Source: Clostridiales bacterium (GTDB lineage: Bacteria; Bacillota; Clostridia; Saccharofermentanales; DTU023). Taken from it: 64,000 nucleotides of DNA. Location of the stretch: positions 11,332 through 75,331 of the forward strand of contig SFFI01000009.1 in assembly GCA_004556925.1 (NCBI GenBank), in the 5' to 3' direction. Below are positions 1 through 8,808 of this stretch, piece after piece (position 1 is the stretch's first letter; every line of letters starts with the position of its first letter). Position numbers and translations under genes: made by a program. The notes under the pieces were generated by a model. That model saw nothing but the letters and a program-made list of their open reading frames with translations, did no database searches and had not been told where the DNA came from.

Positions 1-1
1 C

Positions 2-253
2 GGTGCAAGGAATATTAGGTACATTGCAAAGATAGTGGGGGCTTGTCTTGGTGAAGGCTGCACGACAGCAGCCCAGTTTAAGGCCAGGCAAGCACAGTGG
101 GAAAAGAGCAAAGGATCACGCTCAAGTCGTAAGAGTAAGAGTAAGAGTATGGGCAACTTTGACCAGCGCGAATACGACGAGGAGGAAATCACTGGACTAT
201 ATCGGAGTTTGGATTTTCTAAAACCTAAGGATGGGGCAGACCATGACGGATAA
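2..253 (+). CDS. Hypothetical phage protein, 5'-partial (reading frame open to the window edge)
   Basis: No stop codon between position 2 and the GTG at 35. Lys/Ser-rich stretch followed by an acidic tail. No family recognised. Confidence 0.35.
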   Translation, partial: GARNIRYIAKIVGACLGEGCTTAAQFKARQAQWEKSKGSRSSRKSKSKSMGNFDQREYDEEEITGLYRSLDFLKPKDGADHDG

Positions 254-800
254 TCAGATCAAAGCGAAAGACTACCTAGATCAGTACAGGGGAGTTAAGC
301 ATGAGCTAAACTATCTTAAGCAGCGCGTTGAGTATCTTCAGGCCCAAGCAGAGTCTATTAGATCAACTTCAGACATTCCAGTCGGTTGGACCGGTCGCTA
401 TGTTGTACCAAGCGATAAGATAATCATCCCTAAGTCCCAGACTATTAAGAAGTCCCACGCCCAAAAGTCTAGGCAGCAGTCTGATCATTATGAAAAAGAG
501 ATGGTCGTTCTCGAAGGTAAGACAACGCCTAATCCCAAGAGACATGAGAGCACCTTGATAAAGCTTGCCGAGCAAAGCAGGAAGTATGACCGAGAATTAC
601 TAATAGCGCAAGGCTTAATAGACGATATTGAGTCTCGCATTAAGTATTACTGCGGACCAATCGAAGCAGCCATACTCCGATACAGGTATTTATCGCTCAT
701 GACTTTTGATGAAATTGCCAAGGAGCTTCACTACAGTAAGCGCCAGGTTATCCGCAGGCATTACCAAGCCTTGGAAGAGTTTGGCGCTAAATTGCCTTAA
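231..800 (+). CDS. Phage late transcriptional regulator with a sigma-70 region-4-like HTH (ArpU/RinA/DUF1492-like)
   Basis: C-terminal IEAAILRYRYLSLMTFDEIAKELHYSKRQVIRRHYQALEEF resembles a sigma region-4 HTH. It sits directly upstream of the terminase genes, as late activators of Firmicutes phages do. Confidence 0.6.
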   Translation: MGQTMTDNQIKAKDYLDQYRGVKHELNYLKQRVEYLQAQAESIRSTSDIPVGWTGRYVVPSDKIIIPKSQTIKKSHAQKSRQQSDHYEKEMVVLEGKTTPNPKRHESTLIKLAEQSRKYDRELLIAQGLIDDIESRIKYYCGPIEAAILRYRYLSLMTFDEIAKELHYSKRQVIRRHYQALEEFGAKLP

Positions 801-946
801 AAGTCCTTGTCAAGCCGTAAAAGTCGAAAGATGTCACTAAATGTCACCTTGTAGTGTGGTAAAGTACTATCATTGGCGGAAGCAATGAAGAGTTGAAGCC
901 AATCCTTACAGCTCCCGAAAGAGCAGACAGATGCATGTTAATGAAT

Positions 947-972
947 GGAGCCCTCCGGGGCTCTTTTCATTT
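947..972 (+). terminator. Rho-independent terminator
   Basis: Stem gagccc (948-953) pairs with gggctc (958-963), loop tccg, followed by ttttcattt. Confidence 0.6.
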
Positions 973-992
973 GGCTAAAAGAAAGGCCAAGG

Positions 993-1108
993 ATCCTGCT
1001 CAAAGCCTAAGCTGCTGAACCGGAAGAGCAGCGTAAGTTATCATGCACACTCCGAGGGGGCGATCTTCCGGATTGTGTAGCCTTGGCATGGACTTAGGCT
1101 GGCAGGAT
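993..1108. repeat. Large interrupted inverted repeat upstream of terS (possible pac region or leader structure)
   Basis: Nested complementary pairs: atcctgc 993-999 with gcaggat 1102-1108; agcctaag 1004-1011 with cttaggct 1093-1100; ccggaaga 1020-1027 with tcttccgg 1064-1071. A crossing pair is also present: ggccaagg 985-992 with ccttggc 1081-1087. Confidence 0.6.
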
Positions 1109-1149
1109 TTAATGCAAAAAACGGCTAAAGAAATGGAGGGTGAGTTCTC

Positions 1150-1509
1150 ATGGCAACAAAGCGTGAGCAAGTAATTAGCTTGCTAGTTTCGACTAATATG
1201 TCTCAGCAAGAGATTGCAAGAGAAGTTGGTGTGCATGGAACCACCATCTCTAAGTGGAAAAAGGATCCCGATTTTCAAGCCATGCTAGAAGAAGCGCAGT
1301 GGCAGTTTTTAGGGGACTTGGCACGACCCGCCATTAGAGTATTACGCGAGTCATTACAAGCTAAAAATGAACAAATAAGATTTCAGGCGGCTAAGGATAT
1401 TCTGGACAGAACGGGTTATAAGCCGATTGATAAACAAGAGATTACCGGGAATTTGGATATTTCCGAAGCGGCTGATAGGTATCGGAAGTACCTAGAAGAT
1501 GACGACTAG
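1150..1509 (+). CDS. terS: Terminase small subunit (HTH, phBC6A51-like)
   Basis: 119 aa with an N-terminal HTH (MSQQEIAREVGVHGTTISKWKKDP). Overlaps the terL start by 11 nt. SD ggaggg lies upstream. Confidence 0.75.
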   Translation: MATKREQVISLLVSTNMSQQEIAREVGVHGTTISKWKKDPDFQAMLEEAQWQFLGDLARPAIRVLRESLQAKNEQIRFQAAKDILDRTGYKPIDKQEITGNLDISEAADRYRKYLEDDD

Positions 1510-2782
1510 AGAATGGCTGGATCTTGTTAAGCAGAAACCAGTTGCCTTTGGAATTGAAGCGGGGTTTACAGACCTGAGAAACATTCATAATGCTTGGATT
1601 AAGGATTTTCTATTTAGCCGCGAAGACTTAACCCTACAAGCCCACCGTGGATCATACAAGACGACCTGTATTGCAGTGGCTATGGCTTTGATGTTGGTTA
1701 TCTACCCAGACAATAACCTTATCTTCCTTAGGAAATCTGACGATGATGTAAAAGAAATAATCGTACAAGTTGTTAGGCTACTAAGAACCGACATGTTTAA
1801 TGCTCTAGCTCAGGGGCTTTACGGAACAAACTTGGGACTTGTTAAAGAATCTGCCTTTGAAATAGACACTAACCTAAAGGCGGGACCTAAAGGGGCTTCA
1901 CAGTTGATCGGGTTAGGCTCCAAAGCCAGCATTACTGGTAAGCATGCAGACATCATTGTAACAGATGACATCGTTAATATAGACGACAGGATCAGCAAAG
2001 CCCACAGAGACCGCACGAAGCTGACTTATCAAGAGCTACAAAACATTAAGAATCGAGGAGGCCGATTTATAAACTGCGGAACACCTTGGCACAAAGAGGA
2101 TGCCTTCAGCTTGATGCCAAATCTCCAAAAGTATGATTGCTACAGTACTGGTCTAATAGAGCCGACACAACTTCAAGCGCTGCGGAATTCTATGACACCA
2201 AGTTTATTTGCGGCCAACTACGAGCTACAGCATATAGCGGATGAAGAAACGATGTTTAATGCCCCCGTCATTGATGACGGAAGCAATACCGAAAAGATAT
2301 ACAACGGTATATGCCATTTAGACGCCGCCTATGGCGGTTCAGACAGTACTGCCTTCACCGTCGGGAACTGGTGCGATGGGAAGCTGTATGTCTACGGCAT
2401 GCTACGCAATCAGCACGTTGATGATCTTCTGGGAGAAATTGAAGCGAGACGCGAACAATACAAGGCTGGAACAATTTACTGCGAACTAAACGCAGATAAG
2501 GGTTACTTATTAAACCGCTTAGAAAAGCCAAGGCGCGGCTACCACGAAAAGCAGAACAAATTTATCAAGATCAGCACTTATCTTAGGGAAGTATGGGACA
2601 AGGTGGTGTTCCTTGATTCGACAGACAAAGCGTATATAAACGAAATCCTGGACTATACCGAACGGGCCGAACATGATGATGCGCCTGACTCACTTGCTTC
2701 GCTGGTTAGAGAGTTGGCGAGAAATAAAGGGCCTGTGGATGTAGATGTAACAATCAGTGCTTTTAGAAGCTTGGGGCTATAG
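1499..2782 (+). CDS. terL: Terminase large subunit (PBSX-type)
   Basis: 427 aa. Walker-A-like HRGSYKTT, Walker-B-like ADIIVTDD, and a nuclease half with acidic motifs. Lies between terS and portal. Confidence 0.9.
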   Translation: MTTREWLDLVKQKPVAFGIEAGFTDLRNIHNAWIKDFLFSREDLTLQAHRGSYKTTCIAVAMALMLVIYPDNNLIFLRKSDDDVKEIIVQVVRLLRTDMFNALAQGLYGTNLGLVKESAFEIDTNLKAGPKGASQLIGLGSKASITGKHADIIVTDDIVNIDDRISKAHRDRTKLTYQELQNIKNRGGRFINCGTPWHKEDAFSLMPNLQKYDCYSTGLIEPTQLQALRNSMTPSLFAANYELQHIADEETMFNAPVIDDGSNTEKIYNGICHLDAAYGGSDSTAFTVGNWCDGKLYVYGMLRNQHVDDLLGEIEARREQYKAGTIYCELNADKGYLLNRLEKPRRGYHEKQNKFIKISTYLREVWDKVVFLDSTDKAYINEILDYTERAEHDDAPDSLASLVRELARNKGPVDVDVTISAFRSLGL

Positions 2783-2791
2783 GAGAGAAGA

Positions 2792-4327
2792 ATGCTAAAA
2801 GTAAACGAGTTTGAGCATGGTGAAGATATGAGAGGTCGCAAGAGCGATCTTCCTACGATAACGTACGACAAGCAGGCTGTATCTCGCTATCAGGCAAAAG
2901 ACGCTACAGAGCTTATCGAAGACACAAAGAAGCTTCTTAAGATGGTCAATCACCATCATCATTATCAGGTCCCGAGGCTAAACTATCTTGAAGCCTACTA
3001 TCTTGGAAACAACGTGGATATCCTCTCGGGAGAGCGCAGGGTTGAAAATACTAAGTCTGACCATAGAGCAAGGCATAGCTTTGCGGCTACCATTTCGGAC
3101 TTTATTAATACATACGTTCTTGGGATCCCTATGAAGGTAATAGTTGACCCAGACACAGAGGTTTCGGACACAGACAAAGATAATCTTGAAAACTTGATCT
3201 TTGAATTCAACAAGGTAAACGATATTAATGCGCACAACTCGGAGATCAGCAGGGATCAGAACAACTTCGGTCGAGCCTACGAACTTCTAGAACGAACCGC
3301 TGATGACAAGGACCGCATCTATAGGCTTGACCCTACAGAAGTCTTTATGATTTATGATTTCACGGTGCGCAGCAGAGTAATCGCAGCGTGCAGGTATTAT
3401 TTGACCGATCCCGAAAAAGATAAGTATGCAATTGAGCTATATACGTACGATAAGATCTACCGCTATGAGCCGGTCAAGTTAGATACCAATAAAACATTAG
3501 AGCTTCAGAGTGCCCCTGAACCCCACTTATTTGGCGGTGTACCCATTATTGAGTACCGTAGCGACCGTTATCGCATGAGCGTATTTGAGCGTGTGCTTCC
3601 CTTGATTGATCTCTACGATTCAGCTGTAAGCGACACGTCTAACTATATGACCGACTTTAATGACGCAATTTTGGCAATTGAAGGGCGGCTTAAAGCGGAC
3701 CTGGTCTCCCAGGTGCCGAAGATGAAAGATGCGAATGTCTTAGTTCTGATTCCGGAAGATGATGGGCCAGGCGGGTCATCTAGCCTTACGGCCAAATATC
3801 TAACAAAGTCCTACGACGTGGCTGGAGTAGAAGCTCATAAGACTAGGCTCAAGAATGACATTTTCGAGCTTGCAGGTGTTCCGAATTTGAGCGATGAAGC
3901 TTTCTCTGGCCAGCGGTCGGGGGAAGCGCTTAAGTACAAGATGTTTGGACTTGAGCAGCGCCGCCAAGATAAAGAAAAATTTTTGGCAAAAGGCTTCAGG
4001 GTCCGCTATAAGCTGCTGGAGAACTTAAAAGAAGCGGTAAAAGAGTATTCTGGGCCAGAGCCGTCGCTTACTTTCAAGTTCACGCCCAACCTCCCCAAGG
4101 CCTACCTGGATGAACTCCAGGCATTCACCAACGCGGGAGGTGAGCTGTCTCAGGAGACTATGCTAGGCCTCTTGAGTTTTGTGGAAGATGTGCCTAGTGA
4201 GCAAGAAAAGATTCTGGCTGAAGGGGTTCCTGAAAGACTAGAGGTGGACAAAGATGAAGTCAGATATGACCAAGCTAGACAGAAGGATGCTGGAGTATGG
4301 CCGGGCCAGAGAATGGCGACAACTTAA
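2792..4327 (+). CDS. Portal protein (SPP1 gp6-like)
   Basis: 511 aa. Position after terL. Typical size and acidic C-terminus. Confidence 0.85.
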   Translation: MLKVNEFEHGEDMRGRKSDLPTITYDKQAVSRYQAKDATELIEDTKKLLKMVNHHHHYQVPRLNYLEAYYLGNNVDILSGERRVENTKSDHRARHSFAATISDFINTYVLGIPMKVIVDPDTEVSDTDKDNLENLIFEFNKVNDINAHNSEISRDQNNFGRAYELLERTADDKDRIYRLDPTEVFMIYDFTVRSRVIAACRYYLTDPEKDKYAIELYTYDKIYRYEPVKLDTNKTLELQSAPEPHLFGGVPIIEYRSDRYRMSVFERVLPLIDLYDSAVSDTSNYMTDFNDAILAIEGRLKADLVSQVPKMKDANVLVLIPEDDGPGGSSSLTAKYLTKSYDVAGVEAHKTRLKNDIFELAGVPNLSDEAFSGQRSGEALKYKMFGLEQRRQDKEKFLAKGFRVRYKLLENLKEAVKEYSGPEPSLTFKFTPNLPKAYLDELQAFTNAGGELSQETMLGLLSFVEDVPSEQEKILAEGVPERLEVDKDEVRYDQARQKDAGVWPGQRMATT

Positions 4328-5948
4328 CCGTATTCATAAATCAGAGTCTCAGTTAATCTCTGCAATACAAGGCACTATTCTGGATACAATCACTGAGTGC
4401 GAGAAAGAAGCTAACTTATGGCTCATGACTTACGCTAGGTCGGATGGAATTAGCCTCTCTGAAGCTAAAAAGGCGGTTAGGCTTAAAGATATCCGAGAGC
4501 TGGAAGCCAAGGCGAAGGAGTATGTAAAACGAAGGAAAGATCTTGGTTTTGCTTTCTCCGAAGAGGCCATGAAGGAAATGCGCCGATACAACTTCGGTAT
4601 GAAAATGAACCGATTGGAACTACTGCAACATAACCTCGCCTTAGCTTTAGGTATGGGCACTGTAGATGTCGAAGAGATCATAGGCAGACATTTAACCTAT
4701 GCCACAGAAGAAGAACTAAGAAGGCAGGCCGGATTACTCGGGCTCAATATTCCAGATCCGGATGTTATGCGCATAAATGCCGAGGCGATAGTAAATGCTA
4801 GTTTCCATGAAGAAAATTTTTCGCAAAGAATATGGAAAAACAATCAGGAGTTGGCAGAGACTCTAGATAAGGGTATCAAGAAGAGTGTGATGATGGGGCA
4901 CAACCCTGTGACCTGGGCAAAATCATTGAAGGAGCTACTACGAGACACTGAAAATGATGCAATGTATAAGATGAAGCGCATTGCTATAACTGAATCTGGC
5001 AGAGTGCAGATAGCCGCGCAAAGAATCAGCTATGAAACTGCGGGGTTTAGTCAGTACATGGTAATTTGCGAGCCTACAGCTTGCCCGCATTGCATGGAGT
5101 TTGACGGGGAGGTGTTTTCTATTGCCGACCTGGTACAGGGAGAGAATGCTCCCATGTTCCATCCATTTTGTCGGTGCAGTACAACGCCCTATATGTCTAG
5201 AAAAGAGGTTGAGGAAGGGTTCAGGGAGCTGAAAGAAGCAGGAAAACTTGAAACAAATGCTGTTTCGCCGCTGCAAAAGCTAAAATCAAAGAAAGCAGTA
5301 AATGAATTCTTTAAAAAAGAGTTAGGTTTTGCCACGGTAGATTCCAAAGAAATAAGCCTTGATGTCCTAAAAGAAGTAGCTGAAACGATAAGCGATTTCT
5401 ACTCAGAGTATCCACAACTAAAAGGCTTTGTGAAACAATTCCGTGTCAAGAAGAATCTTGATTCCGTAGCTGAAGCCGGGATGGAGTGGAAACCAGGTAA
5501 GGGAACAAAAACATCGATAACTTTAAATGCAGACGACATGGTGGACACAGCAGCAATTAAAGAAATGATTGAGTTCAATGTTGGCCAAGGATTTTGGAGT
5601 CCTAAGGCTGGGGCTAGTGATATAATTAATCATGAGTTGGCGCACCTTTTAGAATATCAACAGGCTTTTAAACGAGCAGAGGTGGATCCGTTTAGTATTA
5701 ACGCAAATGATGTATTTGCACAACGTGATGCGATAACTTCGATACGAAGTGGTGTTTTCTCACTGGACGTAACCAAAACTGCTTTCGGCAATCTCGGCTT
5801 ACCATATCTGGCAGATACAATCAGCAAAGAGGTAAGTGGCTACGCAGCCGTATCATCAAGAGAACTGCTGGCTGAAGCTGTTGGGTGTTCTGACAGGAAT
5901 CAAACTATGATTGAAATAGTTAAGGTTATGAAGGAGAAATTGCAGTGA
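4254..5948 (+). CDS. MuF / SPP1 gp7-family head morphogenesis protein with a ~230-aa C-terminal extension carrying an HExxH motif
   Basis: The N-terminal ~330 aa show the MuF signature region (ITESGRVQ...CPHCMEFDGEVF...HPFCRCSTTPY). The C-terminal part contains IINHELAHLLEY and a downstream SRELLAEAV. Confidence 0.85.
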   Translation: MKSDMTKLDRRMLEYGRAREWRQLNRIHKSESQLISAIQGTILDTITECEKEANLWLMTYARSDGISLSEAKKAVRLKDIRELEAKAKEYVKRRKDLGFAFSEEAMKEMRRYNFGMKMNRLELLQHNLALALGMGTVDVEEIIGRHLTYATEEELRRQAGLLGLNIPDPDVMRINAEAIVNASFHEENFSQRIWKNNQELAETLDKGIKKSVMMGHNPVTWAKSLKELLRDTENDAMYKMKRIAITESGRVQIAAQRISYETAGFSQYMVICEPTACPHCMEFDGEVFSIADLVQGENAPMFHPFCRCSTTPYMSRKEVEEGFRELKEAGKLETNAVSPLQKLKSKKAVNEFFKKELGFATVDSKEISLDVLKEVAETISDFYSEYPQLKGFVKQFRVKKNLDSVAEAGMEWKPGKGTKTSITLNADDMVDTAAIKEMIEFNVGQGFWSPKAGASDIINHELAHLLEYQQAFKRAEVDPFSINANDVFAQRDAITSIRSGVFSLDVTKTAFGNLGLPYLADTISKEVSGYAAVSSRELLAEAVGCSDRNQTMIEIVKVMKEKLQ

Positions 5949-6121
5949 TAGGCTTACCAAAAGAACTGGCGTCAATAATTGAATTCAAAGATGGCGTACC
6001 TTATCTCAAAGAAGGGACGAGTGAAGCCCAGAAGCGTACATTTGATGCGTTTTTAGCACGGCTGCATAAATCAACGGAAATTATTGACAATGGGTCATCA
6101 GTAGTTATAACGAATCACTAG
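5945..6121 (+). CDS. Small hypothetical protein (58 aa), translationally coupled to the MuF gene
   Basis: The GTG start overlaps the MuF stop (caGTGAta). SD aggag lies 8 nt upstream. Not in the supplied ORF track because it is under 60 aa. Confidence 0.45.
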   Translation: MIGLPKELASIIEFKDGVPYLKEGTSEAQKRTFDAFLARLHKSTEIIDNGSSVVITNH

Positions 6122-6155
6122 AATTTTGCATCATAGTTTGAATACGGAGAAGAAA

Positions 6156-6332
6156 ATGCTGGAACCTAAATTTGTGCCATACATAACTGATAAAACGGCG
6201 AAAACAGCACATGGCGTAGAATATTCTGTTTTGAGTGAAGATGCCCCGGAGAGCCTTAAACAAGAATATCTTAGTCTAATACAGTACCAAGATGATGAGG
6301 CTGCTAAAGGCAAACCCATTAGCAGGTTTTAA
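6156..6332 (+). CDS. Small hypothetical protein (58 aa)
   Basis: ATG at 6156 preceded by ggaga (6145-6149). The ORF-track version starts at a TTG at 6126. Confidence 0.45.
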   Translation: MLEPKFVPYITDKTAKTAHGVEYSVLSEDAPESLKQEYLSLIQYQDDEAAKGKPISRF

Positions 6333-6386
6333 CTGCCTGGATAGCAGATGAGCTGAGTAGGGACAAGGTGAGGCTAGTTTCTATGT

Positions 6387-6584
6387 ATGTTACTAAAAAG
6401 GAACCAGGACATGATTAAACAATATGACAGAGTTGAATTAGTTAGTGGTCAAGAGGCTTCAATCGTTGAGGTATTAGCCCCAGGTAAACTTTATGTAGCT
6501 GACATAGACAAAGATCAAGACACTTATACGGACTTTTTGGAAGATAGCGAGATAATGTGCGTTAAGCCTAAAAGCAGAAGATAA
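6387..6584 (+). CDS. Small hypothetical protein (65 aa; alternative start at 6411)
   Basis: ORF followed by a strong terminator. No family recognised with confidence. Confidence 0.4.
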   Translation: MLLKRNQDMIKQYDRVELVSGQEASIVEVLAPGKLYVADIDKDQDTYTDFLEDSEIMCVKPKSRR

Positions 6585-6606
6585 ATAAGTTTTCTGTTTT
6601 ATACCG

Positions 6607-6631
6607 GCGAGGTCAAAATCTCGCTTTTTTT
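6607..6631 (+). terminator. Rho-independent terminator
   Basis: gcgag (6607-6611) pairs with ctcgc (6620-6624), followed by a T7 run. Confidence 0.7.
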
Positions 6632-6647
6632 ATTGAAAGGAGTTGCC

Positions 6648-6983
6648 ATGGCAAAAGATGATTACTTTGTGATTGTTTACCAAATTCTAAAGTACCTGTA
6701 TGACTGCTTAAAAGAAGATAGGCGTATTGATTTCACAGTGATTAGCTATGAGTCATTCGATATCCCGTTCAATTACTGGTGCTATATTTTGGAAAACCTT
6801 CAGAAACAAGGTTTACTTGCTGGCTTATCTATTGTCGAGACCAAGGATGGAAAGCTAATTCAGAATTCAAGTAAAACCAGAATAACACCAGACGGTATCG
6901 CTTACTTATTCGAGAATTCGATGCTTGAAAAGGTCAAAAGAACGCTGAAAGACGTCAAGGACATTATCCCCTTTATCGGATAA
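6648..6983 (+). CDS. YjcQ-like small winged-helix protein (prophage moron)
   Basis: MAKDDYFVIVYQILKYLYDCLK...FNYWCYILENLQKQGLL resembles the B. subtilis YjcQ family. SD aaggag lies 6 nt before the ATG at 6648. Confidence 0.55.
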   Translation: MAKDDYFVIVYQILKYLYDCLKEDRRIDFTVISYESFDIPFNYWCYILENLQKQGLLAGLSIVETKDGKLIQNSSKTRITPDGIAYLFENSMLEKVKRTLKDVKDIIPFIG

Positions 6984-7016
6984 AACAGCTGATATAACTA
7001 TCTTTTTTGGAATTTA

Positions 7017-7039
7017 GCAGGGACGCGTCCCTGCTTTTT
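7017..7039 (+). terminator. Rho-independent terminator
   Basis: Perfect palindrome gcagggacgcgtccctgc (7017-7034) followed by ttttt. Confidence 0.75.
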
Positions 7040-7125
7040 CATTGGCTAAGAACTTGTCCGGCAGCGTACGGACGAGGGCTAGTCAATCAATACATGCGCA
7101 GGTAGAAGACTGCAAGGAGGCAATT

Positions 7126-7695
7126 ATGGAAGAACAGAACACCCAATCTATTAGTACCAATCAAAATCAAGAGCTCACAGAACAGGGCAAACAACAGATT
7201 GACCAACCGAGCGAACAGACCGAATCTAAGCAAAGTTTAGCTGACCTCATAAAGACTGATGAGAATGTGAAACGAGAGTTTGATAAGCGCATCACTCAAG
7301 CAATCAATACGGCAAAAGCTAGATGGGATGAGGAAGCAAAGCTAACCGACGACGAGAGAGCGGCCAAGGCGCTGTCAGATCGAGAACAAGCACTTCAAGA
7401 GAAAGAAGCCGCATTTACGCTCAAGGAACGGACAGCTGAAACCAAGTTGAAGTTGATTGATAGGGGCCTGCCCATATGTTTATCGGAGCTCATTGCAAAA
7501 GGCACTACTACAGATGAAGAGGTAACTGAGCTTATTACCTCCATTGAGAGCGAGTGGAACTCGCAGATGACAGAAAAAATTAAAGCTGGTGCGCGACAAG
7601 CCCCGGCAACTGCCTCGCAAGAAACGAAACTTGACGAGACCAGCAGCATGGTCAGTTTAGCTGAGTTTGCTGCCAAAAACAGAAAGGTGAAATAG
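7126..7695 (+). CDS. Capsid scaffolding protein
   Basis: Gln/Glu-rich, coiled-coil-like, immediately upstream of the major capsid gene. ATG at 7126 with SD aaggagg. The TTG at 7042 lies in the terminator tail. Confidence 0.7.
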   Translation: MEEQNTQSISTNQNQELTEQGKQQIDQPSEQTESKQSLADLIKTDENVKREFDKRITQAINTAKARWDEEAKLTDDERAAKALSDREQALQEKEAAFTLKERTAETKLKLIDRGLPICLSELIAKGTTTDEEVTELITSIESEWNSQMTEKIKAGARQAPATASQETKLDETSSMVSLAEFAAKNRKVK

Positions 7696-7697
7696 AT

Positions 7698-8597
7698 ATG
7701 CCGATTACTAACGCAACATTTACTCCTGACAATGCCACGATGCTTCATAACATGAAAGGTGTTGTCCCTAGAGATTATGGCCAATTGATTATCGAAACCG
7801 TCATGGCGAACTCCGTTATGATGCAGTTAGCTAAATACGAGGAGATGACAAAACTCGAAAAAGAGTTTGATGTCATGGCCGGAGGCCTTGGCGCCTATTG
7901 GGTAGGTGAGGGCCAACGTATTCAGACTTCTGCCCCTAAATGGATTAAGGTGGTCATGAAGGCGAAAAAATTGGGTGTCATAGTTCCCGTCAGCCGTGAG
8001 TATTTGAACTACAAGCAGCCAGACTTTTGGAACTTGATGAGGCCTAAAGTCGCAGAAGCTTTTTATAAGAAATTCGACGCAGCGACTATCCTCGGTGTAG
8101 AGAATCCGTTTGAATGGAGTGTTGATAAATCTGCGACTGATCGGAAAACCGAGGGCGAGCTGAATCTCGCAAACTATGACGCACTAATTGGTAAGCTCAA
8201 TGATGAGGGTTACGAACCTAACGCCATTGTTTCCAAAGTTGCTAACAAATCCTTGCTAAAGGGTCTGGTCCGGAATACAGATGGAATCCCTACAAGGCTT
8301 TTTGACGGAACAAGCCTTGATGGCGTATCGGTATTTAATGTACACAAAGATCTGGGTATGAATAAGGGCACTCTCTATGCTGGTGACTTCAACTATGCCT
8401 ACTATGGTATCCCTTATGACATCCACTACAAGATTTCAGAAGAAGCCCAGTTGTCTACTGTTACGGATGCGGAAGGCAACCCTCTTAACCTGTTTGAGCG
8501 TGAGATGATCGCCATGCGGGCAACTATGGATGTGGGTTTCATGATCATAAAGGATGAAGCGTTTGCCTGTCTTAAAGCTCCGGTTGTAGGAGGTTAG
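7698..8597 (+). CDS. Major capsid protein
   Basis: 299 aa. Position after the scaffold gene. Resembles HK97-fold capsid proteins of Firmicutes siphophages. Confidence 0.8.
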   Translation: MPITNATFTPDNATMLHNMKGVVPRDYGQLIIETVMANSVMMQLAKYEEMTKLEKEFDVMAGGLGAYWVGEGQRIQTSAPKWIKVVMKAKKLGVIVPVSREYLNYKQPDFWNLMRPKVAEAFYKKFDAATILGVENPFEWSVDKSATDRKTEGELNLANYDALIGKLNDEGYEPNAIVSKVANKSLLKGLVRNTDGIPTRLFDGTSLDGVSVFNVHKDLGMNKGTLYAGDFNYAYYGIPYDIHYKISEEAQLSTVTDAEGNPLNLFEREMIAMRATMDVGFMIIKDEAFACLKAPVVGG

Positions 8598-8599
8598 GA

Positions 8600-8788
8600 A
8601 TGATAGTAAGACAAGCTTTTGTCGCGAAGAATCGTTACTTTGCAAAAGGTGAACCCTTTCCGGATGGGTTTCTCAGCGCTGAAGAGCTCCAGGAAGCCCA
8701 GGATAGGGGATTTCTTGAATCTGAAGCGGCTGCAAAAAAAGCTGTATCTGCAGGGGCAACTAAGAAAAACAGTAGCAACGCTAAGTAG
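8600..8788 (+). CDS. Small hypothetical head-module protein
   Basis: 62-aa ORF tightly packed after the capsid gene, with SD aggagg upstream. Confidence 0.4.
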   Translation: MIVRQAFVAKNRYFAKGEPFPDGFLSAEELQEAQDRGFLESEAAAKKAVSAGATKKNSSNAK

Positions 8789-8808
8789 TTTTGAACGGGG
8801 GTGGGCAT

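Noticed and set aside
800-972. Lambda Q-like arrangement (promoter, then a short RNA, then a terminator) controlling late genes
   Set aside because: I could not find a convincing -35/-10 pair between 800 and 947. The simpler reading is that 947-972 terminates the regulator transcript. This is retained only as a remark within the intergenic-structure finding.
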